DNA of 64,000 nt from Bugula neritina (taxonomy: Eukaryota > Animalia > Bryozoa). Both the position numbers and the translations under genes were made by a program. The stretch's first letter is position 1. The number at the start of each line of letters is the position of its first letter. The notes beneath the pieces are model-generated. The model made no database searches and had not been told where the DNA came from. It worked only from the letters and a program-made list of their open reading frames with translations. Positions 40,132 to 55,112 of this stretch are shown piece by piece. Location: contig OZ037765.1 in assembly GCA_964035545.1 (NCBI GenBank), forward strand, positions 6,024,698-6,088,697. The letters run 5' to 3'.

Positions 40132-43100
40132 TCAAGCTTGGATGTCCGTGGATTGAGTTTGAATGCGTCTTCCCTTGACAACGTCAGCGTACGAAAAGAC
40201 TGGGCAGCGTGGTTGTTGCGCACGGCTGGAACTATTTGCCCCGGGCGTAGTAGTTTTGTTTACTACTCCGCCTTCGCAAAAGTTGAGATTTCCGTGGTGT
40301 TCACAACTCCCACGCTTTGCTGCCAGTCCTTCCGTACGGCGCCCAGCTAGACTTTCATAACTGCCGTTTGTAACACGGTCACATATGTAGTCTTTAAGGT
40401 ATGCTGGGGGTTGTCTAGTACGCTGTCCCCGTTCCAGGGGAGGTGACGTATCAGCTGGAGAGGGAGTTGTAGCTGTTGGTTGGGGCGGCGTACTCACTGG
40501 TGGGCTATTTTGCTCCACCTGTGGTGTTTCTGGCCCGCCGTTGGTGGTGGTGTTCCCCTCTCCGCTGTTGTCTCCAGATGGAGCCCCTCCCACGGGGGGG
40601 TTTTGCACTTCCGGACGCGGATGCGGAACCGGAAGTGGTGGGGGTAGACTTGGTACTGGGGGCGGTGGGCGCACTTCCGTTGGTGGGAGTGGCGTCTCCT
40701 GCCTCACCAAGTCCTCTCCCCGCGGCACGACCACTTCGTACTCTGGTCCATGCCGTTGCCGCCCACGCGTCACTGTCTGCCTCCTGGGCTCCAACAACGG
40801 GGGGGGGCTGCTCCTGCTGCTCCTGGGCTAGCCCAATACGGTTTCAAGCGGGTTTCGTTCTGGACAGAGACCTGTCCAGATCGCTCCAACTTGTACGTAT
40901 GATTGGGCATAGCCTCAACTACTACGTAGGGTCCCACAAACTTAGGCTGGAGCTTAGCCGCTTGTCCTCGACGCCTACGGTAGTTGACCATCCACACCCA
41001 GTCCCCAGTTTGATAGAGAGGTGGTTCCTGAGAGTCCTCTCGCCGTACCTGCCACTGCTTCGCCCGCAGTATTTCGTGTGCGGCCCTCAGGTCCTCTATC
41101 AATTTACTGGCATACTCGTGGATGGTATAGTCCTGCTCTGGGATGTGGTATGTGAGGTGGTCAGGCACTCGCGTCTCTCGACCGAGCATCAGGAGGTTAG
41201 GGGTTTCCCCCGTACTGGTGTGTGGTGTACTACGGTAGGCCCGCATGACTTGCGGCAGTACCGTATCCCACTCCTCCTGACCCCGGCCGAGGAGCAGACT
41301 GCGCAGTGCATCGCCCAACATGCGATTGTTGCGTTCCACCACCCCGTTGCCTTGAGGATGGTACGGGGTGGTCCTGCTTTGGTTTACTCCCCAGAGGCGG
41401 CAGAGGTCGCTCAACAGTTGGGACTGGAATTGAGCCCCCTGGTCCGAATGTATTTGCTCAGGTAGTCCAAGATAGCAGAATACATTTTGATCCAGCACCC
41501 TGGCCACTGTGGGGGCGGACGCATCTGGAATAGCCAGGGCATCCGCCCACCGTGTAAAGTGGTCGGTTAATACTAGGATCCAACTGTTTCCTCTGGGGGT
41601 GACGGGCATGGGTCCGACTAGGTCGATAGCTACCACCTGCCACGGCCTTCCAGCATATAGCCTACGCCGTCCCGCTTCACCAGGGAGACGGCCATGCTTG
41701 CTGGCCTGGCAGATTTCGCATTGTTTGACTCTACGCCGCACCTCACGCTCCATGCCGGGCCAGTACCACCGGAGTTGTAACTTGGAGAGCACCCTGCTCA
41801 CCCCGGCGTGGGCTTGCTTGTGGGTGTCCCATACTAACTCCCGGCGTATGGCGGCTGGGCAGATCACCCTCTTCCTGCTGTACTGGTTGTTGTGAGCAGC
41901 CACTGTGATGGTCAGCAGACCATCTGGCCCGATCCGCAGGGAGTCCCAACGTTGGCAGTACGACCGTAACTCGGTGCATCCCTGCCGCAGTTGTTCTTCA
42001 CTGGGTCGTCGCCCCTCCTTTTTGGCACGATATACGTCGGCTACCACTCCAGGGAGGTCCTCCTGGAGTCTTCGTAGCTCCCTAACGTTATCAGCCAAGA
42101 CAGGATTGGCACGGAGGCGTTGGATAGCCTCCGGGGGCGTAGCGGCCTTCTGTAGGAGTTGACCCTGGTCCCAGTCATACTCCGTTTCAGAGTGGTTCAG
42201 TGCTCTCAACTCGGATTTTGGAGGACCTCCGTCCCTCTTCTCGATGTTGAGGCACTGTTTACACCCCTCGTCCGGTCGCCGGCTCAGTCCATCAGCATTG
42301 CCGTGTTTCTTACCGGGTCGGTGCTCGATCCGGTAAGAGAACTCGGCCAGGACCTCGAGCCATCGGGCGACTTGGCTGGACGGTTCTGCTCTCTTACATA
42401 ACCAAATCAAGGAGGCGTGGTCGGTCCGCAAGCGGAACTTCCTGCCGTATAGATAAGGTCTGAAATGCTTCACTGACTTGATTACTGCCAGCAATTCCTT
42501 TCGGGTAGTGCAGTAATTTCGTTCAGTGGGCGAGAGAGACTTACTGTAGTAGGCCACGACTACTTCGCGGCCCTCCTGCACCTGGGACAGCACAGCGCCG
42601 ACATTTTGGTCACTGGCGTCAGTATCGAGGATGTACTCCAGGGCAGGGTCTGGATAGGCCAGGATAGGGGCCTCCAGCAGGCGGCCTTTGAGGCAGTCGA
42701 ACGCTCTCTGTTCGACGGGAGTCCACTGCCAGGTCACCCCCTTTGCGGTGAGCCGGTTTAATGGCTGCGCTATCCCCGCAAAGTCTGGTATGTATTGCCT
42801 GTAATACCCTACCAGCCCCAGGAAAGCCCGTAGCCCGGTCAAATCCTGGGGGGTTACCCAATCTTCTATAGCTCGTACCTTTTCAGGATCCGTCGCCACA
42901 CCGTGACGGCCGACGATGTGCCCCAGGTACTTCACCTCTGGCTGCAAGAGAGCGCACTTGGAGGGTTTGAGCTTCAGATTGGCGCCTCGGAGTCGATCGA
43001 AGACCTCCCGCAGACGGCTGACGTGCGTCTGAAAGTCTGGGGAGATCACGATGACGTCGTCGAGGTATACTAGCAGTGTCTTCCAGTGGAGTCCACTGAG

Positions 43101-45500
43101 GACCTGTTCCATGAGCCGCTGGAACGTGGCGGGGGCAGAAGTCAGTCCGAAGGGGAGGACTTTCCACTTCCATAAGCCGTCCCGCGTGATGAACGCCGCC
43201 TTCTCCTGGGCGTCTGGGCTGAGGGGGACCTGCCAATAGCCGCTCAACAAGTCTAGCATACTGAAGTACTTGCTGCCGGCTAGGGCGTCCAGAGATTCGT
43301 CGATCCTGGGTAAGGGGTAGGCGTCCTGTATGGTCACGCTATTGAGCTTGCGATAATCCACACAGAACCGCCAACTGCCGTCTTTCTTTCGGACCAGAAC
43401 GACCGGTGAACTCCACGCACTATGTGCTGGCTCGATGAGGCCGCGGTCCAAAAGATCCCGGACTTGTTGGCTGACCTCCTTTTCCTTCTCGGGTCCCAGC
43501 CTCCTAGTGGGCTGCCGAATAGGGGTAGTCCCTGCAGCCAGCGGTATCTCATGACGGACGGCCGTGGTCAGGCCGACGTCATGGTCCCCACTGCTGAACA
43601 CGTCGCTATAATCACGTAGCAACTGAGCCATAGTCTGGCGTTCCACGTTGCCCGTGCAGCCGTTACACGCTGCCTGGTATAGCTCTTTGACGTGTGATGG
43701 GACGGTCCCCCGCCTAACTGACGGGCTCTGTTGGGGACCTTCCGTCGCAGCTCCCAGCGACGGCCCTATATCCTCCTCCTGGATGGAGTGGAAGCGACCC
43801 AGCATGGATCCTGACGGTAATTGTACCGCTTCGGAGAAGGGGTTGACACACTGCACCAAGATCTCTCCTCGGTCAGTCAGCCGGTTAAGACTGCTGGCGA
43901 GTTGGATTCTAGTGTGCGCACCTTCGACAACCCCTAGCCCCGAGAGTTGGCTATTGTTCACTCTGCAGTGAACGGTAGCCCGGGAGCGGCCGGGTATAGT
44001 ACAGTTGCGTACTACCTGCACACCTCCCGCTAGAGGACGACCGAACTTGTCGACGCAGGTGAGCTCTTTGCCGCCCATTAGCATGGCTGACTTGCTAAAG
44101 TCAATATGGCACCCGTGTCTCTTCAAGAACGGCATCCCCAGTATGGCATCTTCCTCCAGTGGGCTGATGACGAAGGTTTCCTGAATGGCCTGGTCGCGGA
44201 CGCGTCCAGCCAATTCTATGATACCGTAGAAAGGAATCCGTGACCCGTCAGCTAGGGTGCCCGGTTCCCCGGTATAGGGAGCTAAGGCTCCCCTCTCCTT
44301 GAGAGGGAGGGTGTCGAAGACCCGACGGCTGAGGAGATTAGTGGTACACCCGGAGTCTAGCAGGAAGGTGACAGCTTTACCGGCCACCTTCCCTGGCAAG
44401 AAGTAGCTGCCTCCGTGAGGTTGTACCCGTACTCCCCCAGCGTGCTCGGTCTCGGCCGAACGGGGCTGTGCCCGTTTGTTCCGCGGTTTGCGGGGCCGGT
44501 GAGAGTTTCCTTGCGGGGAGGCGTTCTGATCCTCCCCGATGCCCTGAGGGGCCTCGCTGGTCTGTTCCATTACTGGTAACGGACTGAAGCGGTTGGTGAG
44601 AGGCAAAGAGAAGGGGTCTCGTGGTCGACCCGGTTGGCTGGTTCGGCGAGGTGTTTGCCATTGACGGGGGGTGTGTTGCTGGGCCCGTTTGAATCGTGGG
44701 CCGCTCAGGTGGCGGTGCCCCTGGTTGCCGCTTTCCCAGCGTCGCATCATAGGTCTGGGGGGTTTTGCTGCCGTCCTCTTACTCTTCCTTGAGTGGTTGT
44801 ATGTTATCGTCGCCACCAATTGTCCCAGTCTAGTCATCAAGCGGCTTATCTCCATCTCTATGGGGGGTTTAGTGGTCGCGGCAGCTGTGTGGACCGGATG
44901 GTGTGGTTCCCTAGAGGTCTGGGGAGTGGTCTCTTCCGTCTTATAGAGTCGCTCGGCTCCAGCGTAGGCCTTGTTCTCCTGGATCGCAGCCTCGATTGTG
45001 GTCACTCCCTTGGCTTGTAACTGGTGGTGGAAGTCCAAAGAGTTGAGAGACTGTACAAAGGCTTCGAATGTGTAGTGCCGTCTGTGTGTTTCTGGCAGAT
45101 CGCTATACGCGGTCCGTGCCAGTCTCTGCACCAGAGTGGCGTGGTCAGAAAGCGGTGTACATGTCTTGCGGAGTAATCCTCGCAGCCTGGACTTGGCGAC
45201 GGCAACGGGCATGCCAAAACGGGCCCGTAGTGTAGCAATGATCCCGTTTATGCTAGGCTTCCACCCGTACGGCTTGGCTTCTTCCGTCAGTGCCATCCGC
45301 AGTTTTGTAAGGGTTACTCTTGGCGGCCATCTTGTAATGGCTGCAGCTTCACGGAATTCTTGAATGAATTGTTCAATATCCTCGCGGCCTGTGAACACGG
45401 GAACCTCCAACGTGTTCCTATATACCTCCTCTCCAGCTCCGAGAGGGCCTATAATAATGTTCTGCTCACCTCCTTCCATTGAAGTTACTCCCTCGTCCAT
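40132..45500 (-). CDS. Gag-Pol polyprotein (gag, aspartic protease, RT, RNase H, integrase); integrase tail continues after a 1-nt frameshift
   Basis: 1576-aa ORF 45500-40770 with LLDSG, YLDD, DTDASD, HHCC, IDLVG/SDQG/VERNN and FVGPY. The ORF 40797-40132 carries the typical integrase tail motif RGQRTRQPPAYLKDY and joins at the C9 run 40799-40807. Confidence 0.95.
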
Positions 45501-45541
45501 GATGTTCTAATACTTCTCATTGTTCTCATACAATAGCTAGA

Positions 45542-45560
45542 AATCCCACCGCTGCCACCA
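45542..45560 (-). promoter_or_regulatory. Primer-binding site complementary to the 3' end of tRNA-Leu
   Basis: Minus strand TGGTGGCAGCGGTGGGATT, 1 nt from the 5' LTR. The plus strand reads AATCCCACCGCTGCCACCA, the 3' end of metazoan tRNA-Leu(AAG/TAG) plus CCA. Confidence 0.88.
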
Positions 45561-45561
45561 C

Positions 45562-45832
45562 TGTAGTAAGTTATGTAACTACTATGCGTGGGTTCCTAGC
45601 TTGTAATTATGTCTATTTATCCACACCAATAAAGTATTTAGGTAAAAGTTTCCAAGTTTATTTACTACTAATTATATAAAAGATACAGCACGTACACAGA
45701 TTAGAGATTACATCTTTTCTTAGTTAGCACGCTCGCTCTACTGCAAAACTACTACTAACTGAGGGCTATCACGTGACGCACTTGGATAGGCTGAAGGAAT
45801 ACGGGGGACGCGCGCATTACGTCCTTACTACA
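45562..45832 (-). repeat. 5' LTR (271 bp)
   Basis: Matches 38356-38621 apart from an extra GTTAG near 45723; adjacent to the PBS. Confidence 0.95.
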
Positions 45833-46322
45833 GTATTAGTGTATTACAGTATTACTGTATAGTGTATTACTATTAGTATTAGTATTACTATTTGAGTATT
45901 ACTATTTGAGTATTACTATTTGAGTATTAGTTATTAGTTATTTACTATCATTATGTCTATTATTATTAGTTTTTATCATTATGGTTTTTTGATCATGAAG
46001 TATAAGTTTAACACTTTAAGTGATGCAAGAATAAATTTTTTCATTATAATAAAACTTTCAATAACAAAATTAAATTTAGCAGATATATTTATAACTTTAG
46101 CACTAGTTGATAACCATGTTATTGATTACAGCATTCTGTTGACTAAGAATAAGCATACTTGCAACTTTTCCTCTGATTTTGTTAAAAACTAGACTAAATA
46201 ATGATAGGTAGTGAGAACTTATCTAGTAAATTGAATTCACATTCATACTAATGAAACACAGCTGATAATTGTGTCAGTAAAATGATCACCTTTTCATATT
46301 TAGTTTTTGTTGCAGATCAATC

Positions 46323-49300
46323 ATGGCCAAAAGTAGATTTGAATATGTAAAGATGTTTGAACAACTCGATAGATGTCTACCAAATAGTTGGATAGTTGTA
46401 AGAATTGATGGTAAAGGTTTTCACAGGTTAGTTTATAAATATGATTTCTGGTTAAAAGATAAATTTTAACTTAGTAAATACACCCATAAGTTTTGAAAAG
46501 CTTTGAAGTTAAAAAATGTACCCTCTATCAACATAACATTTTCAGTGTTTTAAAGTGAACGGAAAATTTTACAATTTCACCCTACGACCAGCATTTCCTA
46601 TCATTCTGAACAAACAGGTGATTGCTAAGCTGGTGCCGCCCCCCCCCCCCCACAACCTCTTCAACACAGCAATTTTCATAGCAGATGATTAAAAAGACAA
46701 CATTGTGTCATTTTTTATAAATTTTTAGAGTATTGAAAGAAACACAGTCCCACAATTTGTTGCATGAAAATAGTCAAATTATTGTTAAGATGAGATATCT
46801 ACCTATTTTCTAAGAGTCTTTTGGGGAATGTTGGTAATGGCCAAGCGTGTTACGTGTTTATCTTCACCTTTTTTTATTATTTTTCACATGAAGAGTTTAA
46901 ATTGAAGTTTTCTGAGTTTTTTTATGTATTTGATGAGAAAAGAGAACATCTTTGTAATATGAGCTTGTTATTTACCTTACATAGTTATCTCAACCTTTCA
47001 TAGGCTTTTTCATTTAGATTTTTTGCTAAAATTTTGTTTCATAGTTTGCTTTTCTACACAAAAGTTTGTACTAGCAGATTAGTTCTGAAAACTGGTAAGT
47101 TGTATGATAACTTTACCAAGGGCTTACACTGTACCACACATGATAACAATTTAATACAATCCGATAAGCACATTCAAGTTATGGTCTACTGCAGCCGCAA
47201 TAAGTCGAAAGCTTTTCTTAGAACTATTTATGGATCATAAGATTCAGTTTATTATAATATCTGCTTTAGCTCCTTCGAATTTTAGATTTTCTGAGCAACA
47301 TAAGTTTAAGAAGCCAAATGACGAGCAAGCTTTGAGTTTAATGAATGACTGCGCCAAAAGCGTCTTAACCAACTTTAGTGACATTGTCATTGGATATGGT
47401 CAGAGTGATGAGTACAGCTTTGTTTTTAAAAGGAACACTGAAACATATAACAGACGAGCAAGGTAGTGTATTGTAAAATATCACAGCTTTTTTGGGTCAA
47501 ATTAACAGGTTAAATAGTTGTAAAAGGTAAAATATGATTTATTCATGTTTGACTATAAATCTGAGTAATTTACAGCTCCTTTCATGATCGTATCTTTAGC
47601 ACTCACCAACAATTCTATATCTACACAATTTACACAACAAAGATGCATGAGATAGTTTTTATTACATATTAAATTTGTTTTTATGTTTTAGTAAACTGTT
47701 GTCAACTGTAGTTAGTCTGTTTACTTCAAACTACGTGTTCAAGTGGACAAAGTTCTTCCCAACAACAGAACTACTTTACGCTCCATCCTTTGACTCCCGG
47801 GCAGTCCTTTATCCTACTACCCAAAATCTAAGAGACTATTTAAGTTGGAGACAAGCTGATTGTGAGTTTATGCTGTAATAAAACAGCAAAGTGTACCTAG
47901 CAGTAGTAGCACCACCCCCATCATTTCCTGCTATGATGTTGCAGGCTATAAACTAGTGTCAGCCATGAGCTTGATCAGGTTAACCAATATAGCAAAATGG
48001 TCTTATCAGATGTGCTAGCTGTTGTATTTTAGAGTTGTCTTCTTTATATAAACACATTCTACAAGTACGCATAAAGATGTCATTTGGATTAGAAGCTAGT
48101 GTCATTAGCATTTGGTACTTTCACTTATATTTATTATTCAAGCTTGAATAAGTATGGATTGTATGAAGCCATGTCAGGGTTGTGGTTGTGACTGTGTAAA
48201 CTGCATTCTGGGTACTTGGGTAACAGCTTGTTTGATGTCCAAAGAGCGTATCAATTACTGAATATAAAAAGATAACATTCATGCAGCTTGTTTTTATTGA
48301 TAATGCTGCATTATTTGAAAGATATTTCTCTGTAGTTTCTGATTTTATAATCTTGTTTTCGTCATCATTAGCAATGTGTGGAGAACTATTGTAGCCAAAC
48401 GTTAAACCCTTGATAATATATTTTGTAGGCCACATTAACAACTTGTACAATACTTGCTTTTGGAAGTTGGTGTTGGAATCTGGCCTGAATCATCAACAAG
48501 CTGAAGCAAGATTAAAGGTACTAAATACAAGAAAATATTTTTTCTTAAATCGATAAATTATATTTATACAACTCGGTTTTTTTTTCATTTTAAATAAGAT
48601 GTAATTGTAAACTGAATTGGGTTAATATATATTGTTAGATATACACTGAAATTTATATATTTCAAACTTGGGAGTAATAAAGAGCCACTATTCCAATATC
48701 AACTACGGGTTTGTAAAAGCAACTTGGGATGATTTGCATTCGCTTAATTCAATCTCATGTATCATTGATACACATTTTAACAGTGATAGTCTCACTGTCA
48801 GCTACATACTGTTGTTACTTCCTTCAACTTACAGTGCCTATAAGGGACATTATTTAACTTTGTGATTTCTAGATATTCGTAATAATCTTGTTCACAGGGA
48901 ACGGACTCAGCGGAAAAAAATGAGCTGCTGTTCTCAGAGTTTAATATCAACTACAATAAGGAACCAGAATTTTTTCGAAAAGGCACCGTATTGTATAAAG
49001 AAAAGGTATTAGTATTTTCCTATATTTACTTTTATATTAGATTATAAATATGGTGCTGCAGCTTCGATGAAGTCAAACACCCTTAGATAGATCCCTATAT
49101 AAGATAGTTGCATACAGTTTATATTATTTAACTGCAATATATTATTTTTAGTAGATTGTTCTTACAAACATAGTTTGCTTTCTACTGTAAATTTCTATTA
49201 AAAAGGGAGCACCGAATTTTGCGGAATTAGGCTTTTCATTGTGTACCATAATATGTCAAATTGCCAATGCTGCTATGTTGATGAGTCAAACTAATTCTGT

Positions 49301-49602
49301 AGATTGTGTAATATTTATTTTCATTTCAATTTTAAAAAGTCATACTATTATGGATATGAATATTTGATTCATAAAAAAAGAATAAAACCTATAAAAGCAA
49401 GATAAATAACCAAGGCAAGATGAAAATATACCAACATTACAATATTTAGGTTGTTGAGGAAAGAAGTGTTCCATTAGATGGAGGTGATGGTGAAAAGTTG
49501 GTGAAACAAGCCAGAAATGTGATAGTGGCTGAACACGTTGATATAATAAGAGCAAACTTTTGGAAAAGTCATCCGTCACTTCTTGGAGAGCAACAGGAAT
49601 AA
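46323..49602 (+). CDS. THG1L: tRNA(His) guanylyltransferase
   Basis: Exons 46323-46426, 47286-47462, 47692-47861, 48429-48517, 48898-49005, 49450-49602. Motifs [73 protein letters not shown]. Confidence 0.95.
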
Positions 49603-49878
49603 GACAAGATGAGGAGTGTGAGATCTGTGGCGAAGCTGTGATGGATTCCTAAGGCACAAATGTATAAGTGTCGAAGAACAGTTGAGCAGTTGCAGGCAAT
49701 GGCAATTCCCTATAGCTCTTCTCTCGCACATTACATTCTGGTTTTAAAGCTCTAGGAGAAGTCAATTCTGGTTTTCTGGAATTTCTCGCAACTACTGATC
49801 AATGAGTATGCAATGGCGAATGTGCATCTTACTGATAATGGGCGGGCGACAGTATTGCTTGTAGACATCTCTAACTCT

Positions 49879-52421
<2,543 letters not shown>

Positions 52422-54019
52422 ATTTCTATGCACAATCTAAATCTATAGAAAAGAAAAAGTGAGGTTTTATAACTGAAAGTAAACTTAGTTAATGCTATGA
52501 GTGTCCCATGAATATAAATAAGGCTACAGCTGGAATTTAAAAATTAAATTTGCTTGTGGGTAATGTTTTTAGGAAGGATGTAGATAAAAATTAAAAAAAA
52601 TTAATTAAAATAATTTTGATAGTTAAGCTGGAAGGAGAAATTTAAAAAAATTTGTATTGTTATTGTAAATATTTATACTTGTTTTTATATATCTCCAAGC
52701 TCTACCTCTGAAAAGTTCCTACGTGTATATTTATAGTTGGTGCTCTAACTGGTAGTGGTAGGATGACAACTTCAACAAAACTAATATTTGGAGTTGTCAT
52801 GAGAGTTTGAAAGTTAATTTGAAGTTGGTTATTATCATTATTTATTTATCATTATTATTAATTTAACCAGAAGTATAACTAAAGGTAAAACAAAATATAA
52901 TTTCAAAAGAATTCTTACTATAATTGTTGCAGGAGCTTTTTGTTGTAGCTTTGAGAAAAGTATTGTGTGATAAAAGCTGTTTGTAAAAGCTTTTGCAACA
53001 TCTTTTTACTAGTAGTTTTGGAGTTAGTTTAGCTTAATTTTCCTCATGGTAAAGATGCAGGCAACTTAAACTTTATTGTCCAAATAATTGTAAGTATTAT
53101 GTATTATATTATCTTTTGTTTTTAACTTTATTAATTAAATGTTTTGTCAGCTGTGATGATTAACATAATTTAACAAGATGTTTTTATGGTTATAGGTTAC
53201 ATTTTGAGTTTGGTGAGAAATAAACTGTTGGCAATAGACAAAAGGTAGAGTTGTGGCCTGCTTCTGTGTCCTTCATTCATTCACCCTTCGTTAAGTGAAC
53301 CATAATACCTACATAGGCATCCGTGCCATACAGCACCCGTGCTGTCACAGTAACAATTATTGGCTGTCACAATAATGTAACAACTACATCAATTTTAGAT
53401 TTAATAATAATATTGATAGTATAAGTAATACTGAATTACATTTACTGATGGTCACTATCAGTATCATAATCATTATGATAGTGCATTGCCATTAGACTTA
53501 GTCAACAGACTTAGAGTTAATTACTTAGCCATACTCACACTCACTATGACTATGACTCCGGTAACTTGAGTACACCTAAAAGTAAAATATAATTTTCAAG
53601 TTAATCTAATCACTGCAACCGTAACACTAATTATAACTATAGAAGTACGTGCAAGCAACACTCATACTATAAGTCATACTGATATTAACGTACTCATACC
53701 CATACACTCGTACTCATACTGATACTCATAGTCATACTCATTTACTGATACTGTGAATCACTGAAAGTGAATGTGATACCGGTATCATAGTGATAGTGAA
53801 ACTCCAACTGAATCTGATACAAGGCGCAGGTGTAGTAACTGTAAAGAGACTGCAACTTGGATTATAAATTAAACTAATTATTAAACGTTTGATTAGTACT
53901 TTGGCAGATCGCTAAAGTCTTTTTTCAGTCTTATACTTATAATTAACTTCGACTGCAATAAGTATAACTCACTGCAGTACATGCTACTTTGACTTTCTAA
54001 TCGCTTTGGGTTCTATAGC

Positions 54020-54029
54020 GTCACGTGAC
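54020..54029. promoter_or_regulatory. Palindromic E-box (USF/MiT-TFE CLEAR-type) upstream of the C5orf22 homologue
   Basis: Exact GTCACGTGAC next to the periodic tract at 53400-53810. Function is unproven. Confidence 0.3.
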
Positions 54030-55112
54030 TAAAGTTTATTTTACTTTCACTTTGAAGGATGCTTCTTTCTGCTTTTCAACGTTCCATTCGAGTTGATGAG
54101 GGGATAACTCTCAGTAGATAGACATTACTGAAAGTTAAGTATCCTACATACTTTGAGGTTATTGATTAATTAAAGGGAGACCTACACACAAATCACAATA
54201 TCATTATACTGACAGCTGAATCTGCAATGTATATGACTTTTGATTTCAAAACCAAAATGCCAATACGAAAACACTATCTAGCTCTCAGGGTCCTGATAAT
54301 ATCCTATGAAAAACCTAAGCAGCAATTTATTATATCTTCAACATTGCACTTATAGATGCATGCTGTATGCATACATGCAATAATATGATGCATAGATATG
54401 CAAAATGCTTGTTTGCTGATGTAACATCAAACAATGATGTGACTATAACTGTATATAATGCAAAGGAGAAACTTACTAACCCAAACATGCATATATTTTT
54501 GATACGGGATGGGAAGCTGTGTGCACAAACATGTAGGTTTCAATAATTAACTACACGAGTTTCTTCACAAATAAAATGCTTATTTTAAGAGTATTCAACA
54601 AGATATAAGTCAATATCCAAAAACACAGTACAGGACCCTAAAGTTGCAAGATATTCAATGCATATATCATTCAATATAATTATTTACTTAATGCATAAAA
54701 TTTATATTCTGCAGACTAGCAGAGACAGTCATCACACTGTTGGAGTGTGAAATCTTCCACTTCATCATATAAATTCTGTGAAAAACCAAATAGTGATGAT
54801 GCTATTTCTAATGTTTAAATAGGATGCTGCTTATTGAACGGTCTCATGAACGAAGATGCCAAAACTTTCTACCTAGATTTTTATCGAACTCAATACATTG
54901 CCATGTGGGAAGTCAAATTAGCTTTCCACGTAATCTTTGAGTCCCATTAAAATGGTTTATCCAGAAAATGGACTTCCATATGACAATTTAGAGTCCCTTC
55001 ATAGATTACAAACATTGCATTGAAATGATAATTCTTCTGTGGGAGTTCTTATGTGAAAAATGAAAGAAGGTCCATGTGTGAATTTATGGCGACTTGTTTA
55101 ACAATGAAATGG

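Larger units (their letters stand above)
38356..45832 (-). mobile_element. Full-length young Ty3/Gypsy LTR retrotransposon with an extra 3' ORF
   Basis: LTRs 38356-38621 and 45562-45832 (TGTAGTAAG...CTTACTACA); the only difference seen by eye is a 5-bp indel. 4-bp TSD GTAT (38352-38355, 45833-45836), tRNA-Leu PBS, G-rich PPT, gag-PR-RT-RH-IN order. Confidence 0.97.

Noticed and set aside
40476-41465. 329-aa plus-strand ORF and other short ORFs overlapping gag-pol
   Set aside because: No recognisable motifs; expected shadow ORFs of GC-rich coding DNA.
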